NCBI GenBank assembly: GCA_051294375.1
Contig: CM119269.1
Location: 14,395,918-14,459,917 of the forward strand
DNA: 64,000 nt
DNA from: Paraspadella gotoi
Taxonomy: Eukaryota; Animalia; Chaetognatha
Direction: 5' to 3'
The translations under genes were made by a program, and so were the position numbers. The notes below the pieces were generated by a model. That model was not told the DNA's origin and did no database searches. It saw only the letters and a program-made list of their open reading frames with translations. Shown here in pieces: positions 31,172-41,929 of the stretch; position 1 is the stretch's first letter, and every line of letters starts with the position of its first letter.

Positions 31172-32340
31172 GAGAGAGAGAAGAGAGAGGAGAGAGAGAG
31201 AGAGAGAGAGAGGAAGAAAAATCTCAGAACTACGACATGACTAAGAAATTTTAGTGACAGAACGGACTGTTTCTAAGAGGAACCAATTTTTGGTCGATTT
31301 ACAGTTTGTAATTTGACAATAAGTTTTGCCATAGTTAATGAAAGACCGGAGTGTGGTAAGTCTTTTTTGATTATCTTGTCCAATTTCTCATACGGAAGAT
31401 GTCAATAATGAAATGTAATAGAACGAAAGTGAGGAGGAAAGAGAATTGAAAGAAGAACGAAAGTTGGGAGAAAAAAAAGGAACAGACAAAGATAAAATAA
31501 AAGAAAGAGAGTATTAGGACCAGAAAAAGAGAAGGCAATAAGAGAAAGAGAGAAGTAGGACAAGAAAGAGAGTATAAAAAAGAAAAAGATAGGAAAAGAG
31601 ATTGATGAAAAGAAACGAGAAGAAAAGATTTTGAAAAAGGAAAAGAAAGGAAGAAAATAAAAAAATATGAGAGTTAAGAGAGAGTATAGAATAAAAAGAG
31701 AAGAGAGAGATAATCAAAAAAAAAGAGAGGAAAGATATAGTATAAAAGAAAAGAGAGGAAGAGAATAAAAAATATAAAGAGAAAAGATGGTATAAAAAGA
31801 AAAAGAGAGGAAATCTAGAAAGGCGAGTAACTCACACGTTCGGCCTCTCAAATGAAGTGATTGATTGGAAATGATGAATCGGAAAAAGATTCTTCTTAAT
31901 AAGAAGCGAAATCAACCCTCGATCCTTTTCCCGTTTTTCTCAGCAGACGTCGTCGAGTCGTTGTCGTCGTCGTCGTAGTCGTCGCCTTTGAACGTCGTCA
32001 CGTTCCACTTAATTGTCATACCTGTAATAGTCGTCGTGTCGTCTCTTATCTTCGTAATTCGGTAGCTTTGTACATCTTCGTCAGTCTTCCATTGTCTCTC
32101 GTCATCGTTCCACTTGATTGTTGTCCTTAAATCGTCGTCGTCGTCCTGTCTTATCTCGTATTTGTGCTTGTTGTCATCCTCGTCATCTTCATGTCTTTCG
32201 TCATCCGTTTCCACTTTATTGTTGTCTTAATCGTCGTCGTCGTCCTCTATCTTATCTTCGTATTTGTCTTTGTCATCTTCGTCCATCTTCATTGTCTTCC
32301 TCATCGTTCCACTTATTGTCGGTCTTAATCGTCGTCGTCT
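27263..32340 (+). other. Copy 2 of the tandem duplication (indel-rich; fills the N-gaps of copy 1); probable long-read gap-fill or haplotype artefact
   Basis: It differs from copy 1 mainly by scattered 1-bp indels. It has sequence (~30225-30760 and ~31762-32010) exactly where copy 1 has Ns, and it begins right after a short N-gap. Confidence 0.85.
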
Positions 32341-32370
32341 CATCGTCGTCTCCTATCTCGTATTCGTCCG
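31995..32370. repeat. ~90-100 bp tandem repeat containing (GTC)n (also 27047-27223)
   Basis: The unit cacttattgttgtcttaatcgtcgtcgtcgtcctctcttatctcgtatttgtctttgtcatcttcgtcatcttcattgtcttcgtcatcgttc recurs about 4 times. Confidence 0.85.
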
Positions 32371-32984
32371 TCCGTCGTCTCCTCGTCGTCGTCGTCCGGT
32401 CGCGTCGTCGTCGTCGTCGTCGGGTCGACTCGGCACATAATTCAAGTATGTCATCCTTCAGAATCGTTCCACCTCGGGGGGCGGGTGCTGGGGGCGTGCC
32501 CCGCGGGTGGCTCCGCGGGCGGCCCCGAGGGGCAGGGCAATCTTACTGGCCTAGGGGCGGCCCCCCTCGTAGCTCTCTTTTTTGAGAGCCCCAAGGGGCC
32601 ACTCAGAGGGGAAGTCGCCCAGGGGCTAGAAAACCTTCCCCTCGTGGGCTATAACCCCAGGAGGATGGAGGTTTTCCTGCCCCATGGAACTGGCTCTTCT
32701 CGCTTCCTTCTCGTCGAGTTACTCTCTTTCCTCTTGATTATCTTGTCTTCTCTCTTCTCTCTCTCTTTCTGCTAATCTTATTTTGGGCTACTGCTTGTTG
32801 CACTTCTTTCATTACAAATTAAATAAAAAGATAAAAAGAATAAAGAAAAGATAAGTAAAAGATAAAAGATAGAGATAACATATGGAAAAGATAAGATAAA
32901 TAATATGTTTCATGTCCTGCATTCAATTAATCAATCACAGAAACGCAATAGCTTGTGCTACCCATGATACCTGATATCGTTGGT

Positions 32985-33500
32985 ATAATTTGGTCACGAC
33001 TTGCATAATTTAGTCATATGACTATAATTTGGTCAACTGACATAAATTGGTCAAACTCTGATATTATTTAATCAACTTTTAAAATTTGGTAAACTTTATA
33101 ATCTTGGTAAGCTTGTCATAACTTGTGGTAATTTTTTAATAATTTTAGTTACTTGGCTTTATTTGGTTAACCTTCATAATTGGCAAAACTTTTATAATTT
33201 TGGTAAACTTAAATAATTTGGTAAACTTTCATAATTTGGTAAAACTTTCAATATTTGGTAAACTTTCATAATTTAATCAATTTACACAATTAAATCAACT
33301 CCCATAATTTGGTCAACCTTGCATAATTTGGTCAATTTCATAGATTTGTCAATTGCATAAATTGGTCAACTGGTATAAATTGTTAATTTGTCTTAATTTA
33401 GTCAACAGTCATTAATTTGGTAACTTGCATAATTTTGGTCAACTTAGATAATTTGGACAACTATGGATAATTTGGTCAAATAATTAATTTGGTCAACAAT
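32985..33500. repeat. ~18-19 bp tandem repeat (ttgcataatttggtcaac / ataatttggtaaactttc), ~25+ degenerate copies
   Basis: ataatttggt(c/a)aac(t) recurs with ~18-19 bp period. Confidence 0.88.
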
Positions 33501-34437
33501 CAACTTAACAATTAGTATTAATAAATTTTATCCGATAGAAATAAAAAAGAAGAGAAAGAGAAATAGAGTGCAAAAAAATTTTTTAATAATTGTTCAAGAA
33601 AAGTAACTTTTGTTTTTCCATTAAAACTACTTATCATTTGTTTCTACCAGCACACAAAAATTTTATCTTAAAAAATTTATAGAATAAAGATGGTTTTAAA
33701 TTTTTAATTCAACTTAAAAATAATTAATTAAAAAATATTTAATGTGAATTAAAATTAATAATCAAGTTTCTTTAAAGTTCATCCCATATTAGCTTAAACT
33801 CCCAATTATTCGTGTTAAAAATGGATTGGGAATAAAATTTTGTGTGTGGGTAGAAAAGTATGTGATTGAGGCCTAAATATAAAGTTTTGCTCATCTCTTC
33901 TCAAATTGTCAGCCTTACTTAACACGTGAGTTTCATCTTAAGCATCTACAAACTGGACGATTATTAATTACAAATCTTAAATAAAATAAAATTTATTTTA
34001 CGATGTAGAAACTCGTTTAATGTTGAATGAATAGTTTTTAATTGTTTTTTGGGGGACTCCATATCACTAAGTAGGTGTCTGTCCAGTCACGCCCATTATT
34101 TGTTTGGTGATTTATTTAATTTCTTTTTAAACACAAATTATGAATATTTTTTTAAAAATATTATATCTCTCTTACAGTCTATATCCAGTATGTCAACCAC
34201 AAAAAGAAAGAAAAAAAAATTAAAAAGAAAAGATAAAAAGACAAAAAAAAGAAGACAAATGACTGATTAGACTTTTTTACTACTAAAATTTGTGTGGCTA
34301 CGTCCTACATTGTTGTGTTAAAACTTGTTTCTTATCTTTTAACTGAAATAAAAATATTGGGATTAAAAATACAAATATTATATTTTTAGAATAAAATAAT
34401 GTGGTATAATCCCGTCTCACCACGTCCGCACAAATGA

Positions 34438-35345
34438 CTCCCCTGTCTCTCACTCAAGCGAGACAGGCGGAGACGCCTTGCGCAGAGCAATGGCGCAGAC
34501 GATGCCTCTCCCTTCAACCTGTAGCAACTCATTCCCTTTCTCTGTGGGAGTGAGCGCCGCCCCAAGAGCGACGGCTGCAGGAGGAAGGAGAGTCCACCAT
34601 TCTGTCGCAAACGCGGCAAGAATGGAAAGCACGCCCTCGTCAGCAGGCGAGAAGAGGGGCAGTCGGCAGGCGTACCAGGCAGAGAGACATCAGAGTAGCC
34701 CTTGGGGTATCTTCCGCAAGGAAGCCTCCCTAACTAGCGCACACATAGGCTTCAACGATTTTGTCCTCACAGCCACTGACACGTCAATGACCCGACGCAC
34801 ATCGATCAGGCCTTTCATTTGCACAACCAAGGGGGCAGCTCAACTTTGAGCTCTATCTTAACTCTTATACTTCACTTATAATAATTAATGCTTAACTATC
34901 CCTCACCTCTATTTCCTTCAACATTTAAAATTTCACAATTTCATCTTCAACTAACTTATTTATTCACAGTAGTTAATTGTTAACGATGATCATTAAGTTT
35001 TAAAGCAATATTTCTTTGTTGTACATTGCAACAATGTATTATTTTTTCAAGTTCTCTCACTCTCTCTCTCTCTTCTCTCTCTCTCTCTCCTCTCTCTCCT
35101 CACCAATTTCAATTTCTTTCACAAACTGGCTCTATTGTTTCACCTTAAATCTGTCCTCACAATTGACCACTATCCCTTCTCAACTCTGTGTTGGAAACTT
35201 TGCCCCTCTCTCCTCTCTCTCTCTACTCCTCACTCTTTCTTTAATGCCCATAATTTGTGTTCAAATTCATTAACTTTTTTAATGCTGATGAAGGCTTGTA
35301 GTTAAGCCGAAACAATGTCCGTTTTTTATTAAAAATAAAATCGTT
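34438..35345 (+). mobile_element. 5'-truncated, degenerate Penelope-like retroelement (linker + GIY-YIG remnant, 3' region with hammerhead)
   Basis: Frameshifted peptide pieces read LPCLS..SET..RRLAQSNG...FN(P)SNS, then C(R)K.GKNGKHA..AGE, then SLTSAHIGFNDFVLTATDTSMTRR..FI. These follow the order of the Penelope linker (LPY..G.SE.IRR....G....F.P.N), the CxxC/GE segment and the H...F..LA.D....R...EA.FI C-terminus; this was judged by eye with no alignment run. A CT-rich region and a hammerhead motif follow, as in PLE pLTRs. Confidence 0.6.
35281..35323 (+). ncRNA. Minimal type-I hammerhead ribozyme motif (Penelope-type)
   Basis: AAUG-CUGAUGA-A-GGCUU-GUAGUU-AAGCC-GAAA-CAAUG-UC-CGUU. The core boxes are intact, stem II is 5 bp, stem III is tiny, the predicted cleavage triplet is GUC (after 35319), and stem I is AAUG/CGUU. 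AATAAA follows. Confidence 0.85.
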
Positions 35346-36068
35346 GTTGAAAATTCATTTCAAACTTTTCCTAAATAGATAAAATTATGAAAAATGAGTT
35401 AACATAATTTGAAAAATATGTATACTTTAATTCAGTTACATAAAACAAGTTTGAAAGAGAGAGAGAAAAAAAAGATCTATAGAGAGAAAAAAAAGAGAGA
35501 GAAAGAAAAAAAAGAAGAGTGAATGAGAAAAAGAGAGAGAGAGGAGAAAAAGAGAGGAGAAAGAAAAAGGGAGAGAGAAGAAGAGAGTAAACAGACAGGG
35601 AGAAATATTCTCAGATATAATAACATAGTCAGAAAGTATATTTTCTCATATCAAACTTTGCTCTCTCTTTAACTCAGCCCCGGGGAGCAGTTTTTTTGCT
35701 CCCAAAGGGGTTACCCCCAAGGGGCATGACTTTTTTTTTGGCCCAGGGGGCTAAGCATTAGGGGGCCCTAATAGACCCAAAATGTTGGCCCAGGGGGAAC
35801 CCCCCTGGGGCGCCCCCTAAGCATCCAGAGGGGGCGCCCCTCAATGAACCATTTTGCTGCTCCCCTAGAATATCGCCCCTGGGCCCCCTAGAGCCGCCCC
35901 GCGGGCGAGAATTTGGGAGTTATAAATTTGCCTTTTTAATTTTTTTGTTGTCAGCATATTTTGGGGCCGGTAATTTCCCCGCTATTACAGCCTGTTTTTC
36001 TCTGCTCTCCCTGGGAAGGGGGAAATGATCTTTCCCTCTTTCTTTTTATCCGTCTGACTCTCTCTCTT

Positions 36069-36121
<53 letters not shown>

Positions 36122-36419
36122 TTCATAAATCCCGGAGTTCACTTCCCCCTTTCATTGTTCGCCTGAAAATCCTTCAATGGATCCAGAATTGAATTTCTAG
36201 CCTTAAAAACGCACCATCTGCCGTTTTGACTCGCTCCTCCTATCTCCGTCTCACTCTCTCTCTCGCTCTCTTCCCCTATTTCTCTCTCTCTCTCGCTTCT
36301 CATTTCCTCTCTTTTTTTCTCTCTCACACACACACGCACATATACACACACAGACATATACATCACATCGCATTGGCTCGCTGTTTAACTCTATCTGCGT
36401 TTGTCTGTCCATATCATCA

Positions 36420-36506
<87 letters not shown>

Positions 36507-38244
36507 TCCTCTCGGCTTCCTCCTCTTTATCTTTTTTACAATGCACTTTTTTTCCGAATCTCCGTCCACCGATAGATTTTTTTTTTGTTTCGTGGGTCTC
36601 TCTGCTCTCTCTCTCAATCTCTTTCTCTCCCTCTCTCACTCTATCTCCCACCGCCGGTTTATTTTGATGTTTTCATCTTTTTGCCTTTTCCTGTATTTGT
36701 TCCTTTGTTAGAACCCAACAAAAAATGCATTAGAAAATCAAACAAACAAAAAAAAAAGACGGAAGGAGTTTCCTCTTCCTATTTCCGACTTCACTCCACC
36801 CCCGCGCCCCCCCCCCACCCTCTAACCACCCCGTTCCACCCCAATTCCCCTCCACCGCTCCCCCCTTCGGCCCACAACAACAAAGGAAGGGGGCATCAAT
36901 GAAGAAAATTCCATAGAATACAAATGACTTTTAGTGGAAAGAGTTTTTTTTTTCTCCATCTCTCTGTCTCTTCGCTTCGATATTTCTCGTCAAAAGTTCC
37001 AATTTTTTTTTCAAAGTTCACCTGAATTTTCTCAACTTTGCTTTAGCTTATGATTTCTAAGAACTATGTATGGTTACTGTTAATTGAAACCACGATTCGT
37101 TCAGAAAATTAAATTGTAGTCACGTAGTAAAGATTTAAACGGTTTTTCTCTTTATAAATAAACTCGCAACGCTTCATTTTTGTTATCTTATTATATATTA
37201 TATTACAGTATATTTCATTCCAACGAAGAGCGTATGTAAACAACATAAAATATCACGTTTAAATCGTAATCTAACTAAAATTTAGATGATATGAAAATGA
37301 GTAGGATATTGCATAAAAAAAAAGAATAATCATTTCATCTCCGTCCCTAATCTCTTTAATGTTTTTATTTCGAAGCCCTTTCATTACGCGTACGTTTCTT
37401 TTTCAATTTTTTGCCTCAATATTTGTTTTTTTAAAACTATTTTTAGCTCTTAATATTTTTTCCCTAACGTTTCTCTTTCTCTCTCTCAATTCGTCATCGT
37501 TTTCTCTCATTCGTCATTATTCCGTTATTTCTTTCTTTTTTTCCTTCCTTTCTTACTTTCCTCCCTTTTCTTCTTTCCTTTCCTCTCTTCCCTCACCTTT
37601 GTCCTTTTTTTTTAACCTTTCCTTAACCTCCTTCCTATTTCTTCATTCTCCCTCACTTCTATTCCTCTCTGGGTGCCTCATTTTCTTTCTTTCCGTCCTT
37701 TCTTTCTTTCTTTTTTCTTTCTTTTCTTTCCTTCATCGAATCCTTTTTATTCTCCTCCTAGTCATTTTCCTAATATCCTTCCTACCGCTCTTCTCCATAT
37801 CTTTCCTTTTTTTTATTCTTTCTTTTTTCTCTCTTTCCTTCCTTTCCTCCCTTTTCCTCCCTCTTGATGATCCGCGAGTGAATCATTCATGCGACGCCAA
37901 CTGAGGAAGAAATAACTAATTTTGATTCTCCGCGAGGAAAACCTCCATTTTTCAACTTCCCATCATTTTCTTCGCCTCCTGCTGCTGGGATTCTCGCGCA
38001 GGGGGGTCCCTCTGGTGGGAACGCACGCAAGAAGCGGGCGCGTGCGAAAAAGGTGACGCCCGTGCAAAAAAAAAAAAAATGAAGGTTGAAGATTAACCGC
38101 GTGCGCATTCGGATGTCCTTTCAGGTTTTGCCTTCATTCATCACTCACTAGTCGTCGTCGTCGTCGTCGTCGTCGTCGCTGGCGTCATCATCCGCCGGCC
38201 TTCAGGTTCTTAACCTGTTGAAGCCTTTAGGATTTACACACACG

Positions 38245-38281
<37 letters not shown>

Positions 38282-38407
38282 TCTCTCTCTCCCTATTCTT
38301 ATTGGATAAACACTTTAATTCCTCCTTCGTTTTTCCTTTTTGTTTCGGTCGTCGACATCGAATATCGAATAAACTTGAATCTCGATCGACGTCAGTTTCC
38401 ACTTTTG

Positions 38408-38745
38408 TTTTTAGTTGCAACTCTTCAAGTCACTTTTTGGTCGGCCCGTCTATCTGACTGCGTATCCGTCTGTCTGCCCTATTACGTTTTAAATATCTTG
38501 TGGACGAACATCTAGAACACGCAACCTTGGTCAAACCACATGACCTTACCAACCTTACCTCGCTCATTTCCCCCAACTTATTTATGGTCAAAACGGTTGA
38601 CCTTTATGGTCAAACGTTGACCTTTGTAAATACCATTGTAATAGACTTAGCATCTGAGCATTTTGACTGTTATTGTTTATAACGTTGTTGAAGAATAAAT
38701 CATTCTTACTCTGAAACTTGTTGCGTCCACAATCTATAACTTCAG
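38408..38745 (+). mobile_element. HINE/DINE-like element, family 2 (degenerate)
   Basis: The head tttttagttgc..aactct..aagtcacttttt(g)gtcgg is followed by a GTCC/GTCT-type microsatellite and is shared with 56103-56200 and the reverse complement of 45283-45340. There is an internal inverted pair, ttgtggacgaaca (~38498) / tgttgcgtccacaa (~38719). Confidence 0.45.
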
Positions 38746-40031
38746 TAATACTTTATCAATCGAATCATTGAAGTTAATAAATGGTGGGAGGGTGATTGAA
38801 GGATGTTAGGTTATCACGTGATCATCTGGAAATACGTCCATACGAAAAAGTCACTGTGGCGCCACATCTTGCATTTGCAGGTTCTTCTTTTCATTTTTTC
38901 TGCTTTTCTTTTTCAGTTTCTTTTTTTTTTTCCTTTTTTTCCCTTTTTTTTCTTCTTTTCTTTTTTAGTTTTTTTTCTTTCTTATTTTCTTTTTACAGTA
39001 CCTTTTCTCTAGACTCCACGAAGTTCAGGGAATGAATAACTCATAAACTTAGTGTTATAATGAGCTAAGATTTCGTAAAAAGATGAAGGAAAATTTGCTC
39101 TATTGGCCACCTGATGGAAAATAATCATTCAAAAATTTTGCGCTAAAGATCTTGATTTATTTTTTATTTTGTTTTGCTTCTAAAACAGCTATTTCTTTTT
39201 TAATTTGTTTTATTTTTGGTCCAGTATAATCGACTAAATGCCCGCACATAATTGATGTAATTTCAGTGGAGGTATTACAAAAACATAGGAGTTTCACATA
39301 AAATCAGTCTTAAAACTTTTTTCACTAAAATAGTTAAAAATAAATAAATCAAATTACGTGATGATTTTTAAAATATTGTAAAAGGTGCACTTTAACCTAA
39401 GAAACACCCCAAATTAAAAAAAATATTACCACATTAGAAAAACTTGGATTACAAGATTAAACATTTTGTCATTTTTTGAGATATGCAGTCTATATTAAAT
39501 TTTTCTGTCCCAAAGGCAAAGAGAGGGATCAAGCTGATTCCAAATATATGTATATATAGACTTTTAAAAATTAACTTGAGTAATATTGACCCTAATAACT
39601 GTCAAAAATACCTAAAAAAAACACAATTTTCAATCACTTATAAAAACTAGCCACCTAAAAATTAATTAATTTAAATTTGTATCTGTAATTTTATACACTT
39701 AAAGTTTAAAATGAAGAAAACAGACTTTATAATTTTTGATTAGTTTCAAAGTATATTAACCAAAATGTGCAGTGTTAACACAACCAAGTTTAAGATTGAG
39801 AAAATTATTTTTTGTAGGATAAAAATATTGTATATAACAGTACAGCGTCGGGTCAATATTTACAGGACAGTGCGGAAAAAACAAAGACAAAGACATCAGT
39901 TTTGAAAAAGATAGAGTGTGGTAAAAGTAAGTGACTAGTAAGTGAGTTAGCAAGTGAGTGAGTGAGTGAGAAAAAGAGAGAGGGCAGAACTCAAAGGGTT
40001 GCGCGTTGTTATTGCTGAAAGCTTACCAATC

Positions 40032-40266
40032 TGGTGGACTAAAATCCACCCAACGTTCATCAGCGGCCATTTGGTGCCCAAGGCAAGTCATTCACCTCCC
40101 AACCAAAGGTCCGGGGTTCTAGCCCGGTGGCCGCCTAGCAGTTAAGAGGGACGGGGCGCTTAAACCCGCCCTGTAACATGGTGTTACTGCCTGATCCGAA
40201 GCCTCAGGGACTGCTTATATTGAACGGTTCTTTCATTAACAATTATCAATAATTACTGTCTCTTCA
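40032..40266 (+). mobile_element. tRNA(Gly-CCC)-derived SINE-like repeat, copy 2
   Basis: 40063-40134 is a 72-nt tRNA-like head. It has an acceptor stem GCGGCCA/TGGCCGC, a D-arm TGGT/GTCA, a CTCCCAA loop, and a T-arm CCGGG/CCCGG around GTTCTAG. The anticodon stem does not pair. A second copy lies at 2793-3091. Confidence 0.72.
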
Positions 40267-40299
40267 CCAATAAAAATTACGGGCCGGCGTTTCCCATTA

Positions 40300-40442
40300 A
40301 GTTTTGCTTAGGGTTTCGGTTAGGGATAAGTTTAGATTGAGGGAATAATTTATGGATAGGGTTAGGGATAGGATTAAGGCAAGGGATAAGGATTGGAGAA
40401 ATCTGGTTTTTAGGATAGCGTTGGGATTAGGGATAAGCAGTT

Positions 40443-40445
<3 letters not shown>
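40300..40445 (+). repeat. Degenerate TTAGGG/ATAGGG-like array (internal, not a telomere)
   Basis: ttagggtttcggttagggataag...atagggttagggatagg...ttagggataag. A complementary CCCTAA-like tract lies at 2630-2760. Confidence 0.55.
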
Positions 40446-40474
<29 letters not shown>

Positions 40475-40522
40475 CTATATCGAAATACTTTGTACTATGT
40501 TTATGACGTCCTCTCTCTCTCT

Positions 40523-40559
<37 letters not shown>

Positions 40560-40583
40560 CCTCTTCTTTTTCACATAGTTTGC

Positions 40584-40783
40584 CAAGTGTAGTAACCTTT
40601 CTTTTTCGTTGTTATATGTATTTGGGCAAAATGGTTTTTGTTTCACAACGAATTTATTCTTATCATATAAACGTACATGTTTCGGCTTTGGGATGCAAGC
40701 CTTCTTCAGCGTCCAAAGCCGAAACATGTACGTTTATATGATAAAATAAAATTCGTTGTGAAACAAAAATCATTTTGCCCAAA
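40584..40783. mobile_element. 200-bp Penelope pLTR fold-back insertion with 12-bp TSD
   Basis: The direct repeat CACATAGTTTGC is at 40572-40583 and 40784-40795. Inside are ~75-bp inverted arms (40615-40691 / 40713-40789) around a 21-bp spacer, and the insert contains a hammerhead. Confidence 0.78.
40671..40712 (-). ncRNA. Minimal type-I hammerhead ribozyme motif (Penelope-type)
   Basis: The minus strand reads ACG-CUGAAGA-A-GGCUU-GCAUCCCA-AAGCC-GAAA-CAUG-UA-CGU. The core is intact, stem III is the palindromic ACAUGU, the triplet is GUA, and stem I is ACG/CGU. Confidence 0.85.
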
Positions 40784-40816
40784 CACATAGTTTGCTATAA
40801 TTTTACAAATTCTATA

Positions 40817-40857
40817 AACCTTGATGGTTTGAATTACAAAGCCGAAACATGTCCGTT
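40817..40857 (+). pseudogene. Decayed hammerhead motif of the same Penelope pLTR family
   Basis: aaccttgatggtttgaattacaaagccgaaacatgtccgtt: the 3' half (GCCGAAACATGTCCGTT) matches 35306-35323 apart from one indel, but the CUGANGA box is corrupted. The downstream aataaaa..gttgttgaa also matches. Confidence 0.6.
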
Positions 40858-40894
40858 TATAAATAAAAAAATTGTTGTTGAATCTCAAACTTCT

Positions 40895-41045
40895 TTTTTT
40901 TTGCATTCATTATATATATATATATATAGTTCGATTTTCTGATTATGAAAAATATGATTTACCAACAAAAGTTGGGGAGGACGACGTTCGGACCCGACAA
41001 AGTGAGTAATAAGTAGATGGAAGCTAACAAAGATCTGGTATAAAT
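40895..41045 (-). mobile_element. Degenerate head fragment of HINE family 1
   Basis: ttttttgcat...ttctga...ggacccgacaaagtgagtaataag aligns with the reverse complement of 60758-60900 (ggaccgacaaagtgaattatagag). Confidence 0.45.
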
Positions 41046-41415
41046 ATGTTAAGTGTTTGATTAAGATCGTGTAAAATTAAAAAAATTACTATTTATCTTA
41101 CATGGGTGTTAAACGCATGGAGCGTATTTCTATATTATCCAAATTATATAATGTCTAAAATTTTTGTTCGTTAAACTTCATAATTTTCTTGTAACGGATT
41201 CTGATAGAGCTTGGAAAATTAGAAGAAGGTTAATTATTACAACTTTTTGAAATTTTTAATGATTTGTCTATGAAAATTAAAAATAATTAAATTTAATGGA
41301 TGATGATTATTGTTGAGATTGCCGTTGCTCATCTGTTATTTTGCTCATCATGATTCGTATTCTACATTTGTCTAAATCAAAGCCTATCTGTGTGCTACTT
41401 TCTATTGCTCTTTAC

Positions 41416-41801
41416 CTTTTTCACGTTTCACAGAGAGAACCAGTCACTGTGAGACGCTCAGCCCGTCCTAAAACGGCCCTTTTTTACAGGGACCTGAGGC
41501 ACGTTGCCACTCAGTCACGCTGTTGTCCCACTTGTAGCAGATCATGACGTTTGTAACGTAGGCAATAGACTTGTGGTGTTCCCACACTTCGACCACAGGC
41601 ACTTTTGATGGACTTGTGGACACTGACTGGAGGGCAGTGACAAAGAGGCTGACACCCTCGCCAACAAAGGGTCTCGGCGTCACTCGCAACGCGCCAAACC
41701 AAAGGGGCGGCTGGATGCGGCCGCGCCCAATTCGCCGACGAGGGAAGTTTGGACGGGCAGTCTTCCCCAGTAATGGCGGACGGGTCATAGATGGAGATAC
41801 A
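41416..41801 (-). pseudogene. Coding-like exon or fragment with frameshifts, product unknown
   Basis: A GC-rich island in AT-rich DNA. Joining two minus-strand frames across one indel gives CISIYDPSAITGEDCPSKLPSSANWARPHPAAPLVWRVASDAET/FVGEGVSLFVTALQSVSTSPSKVPVVEVWEHHKSIAYVTNVMICYKWDNSVTEWQRASG, with many C-ending codons. It is bounded by a plausible acceptor (ttgctttgccag) and donor (aag|gtaaag). No family was recognised. Confidence 0.4.
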
Positions 41802-41929
41802 CTGGCAAAGCAAGGCTGACTACTATTCCTCAACAATGATGATGAATAATTTTAAGGTTTTTTTTCGGTAGACATTGTGTTAATCCTTTCCTTTTTTTTT
41901 TGTTTTGGTTGAATTAGAAGAAACGAAAT

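Larger units (their letters stand above)
32499..35905. mobile_element. Possible hAT-like non-autonomous DNA element with GC-rich imperfect terminal inverted repeats
   Basis: The left end cccgcgggtggctccgcgggcggccccgaggggc resembles the reverse complement of the right end (cccgcggggcggctctagggggcccaggggc). Both ends sit in ~230-bp GC-rich blocks with ggggc/gcccc motifs within AT-rich DNA. No TSD is discernible and the sequence is noisy. Confidence 0.35.

Noticed and set aside
40063-40135. Functional tRNA-Gly(CCC) gene
   Set aside because: The anticodon stem is unpaired and the T-loop register is shifted. It sits in a longer repeat with a shared tail, which fits a tRNA-derived element.
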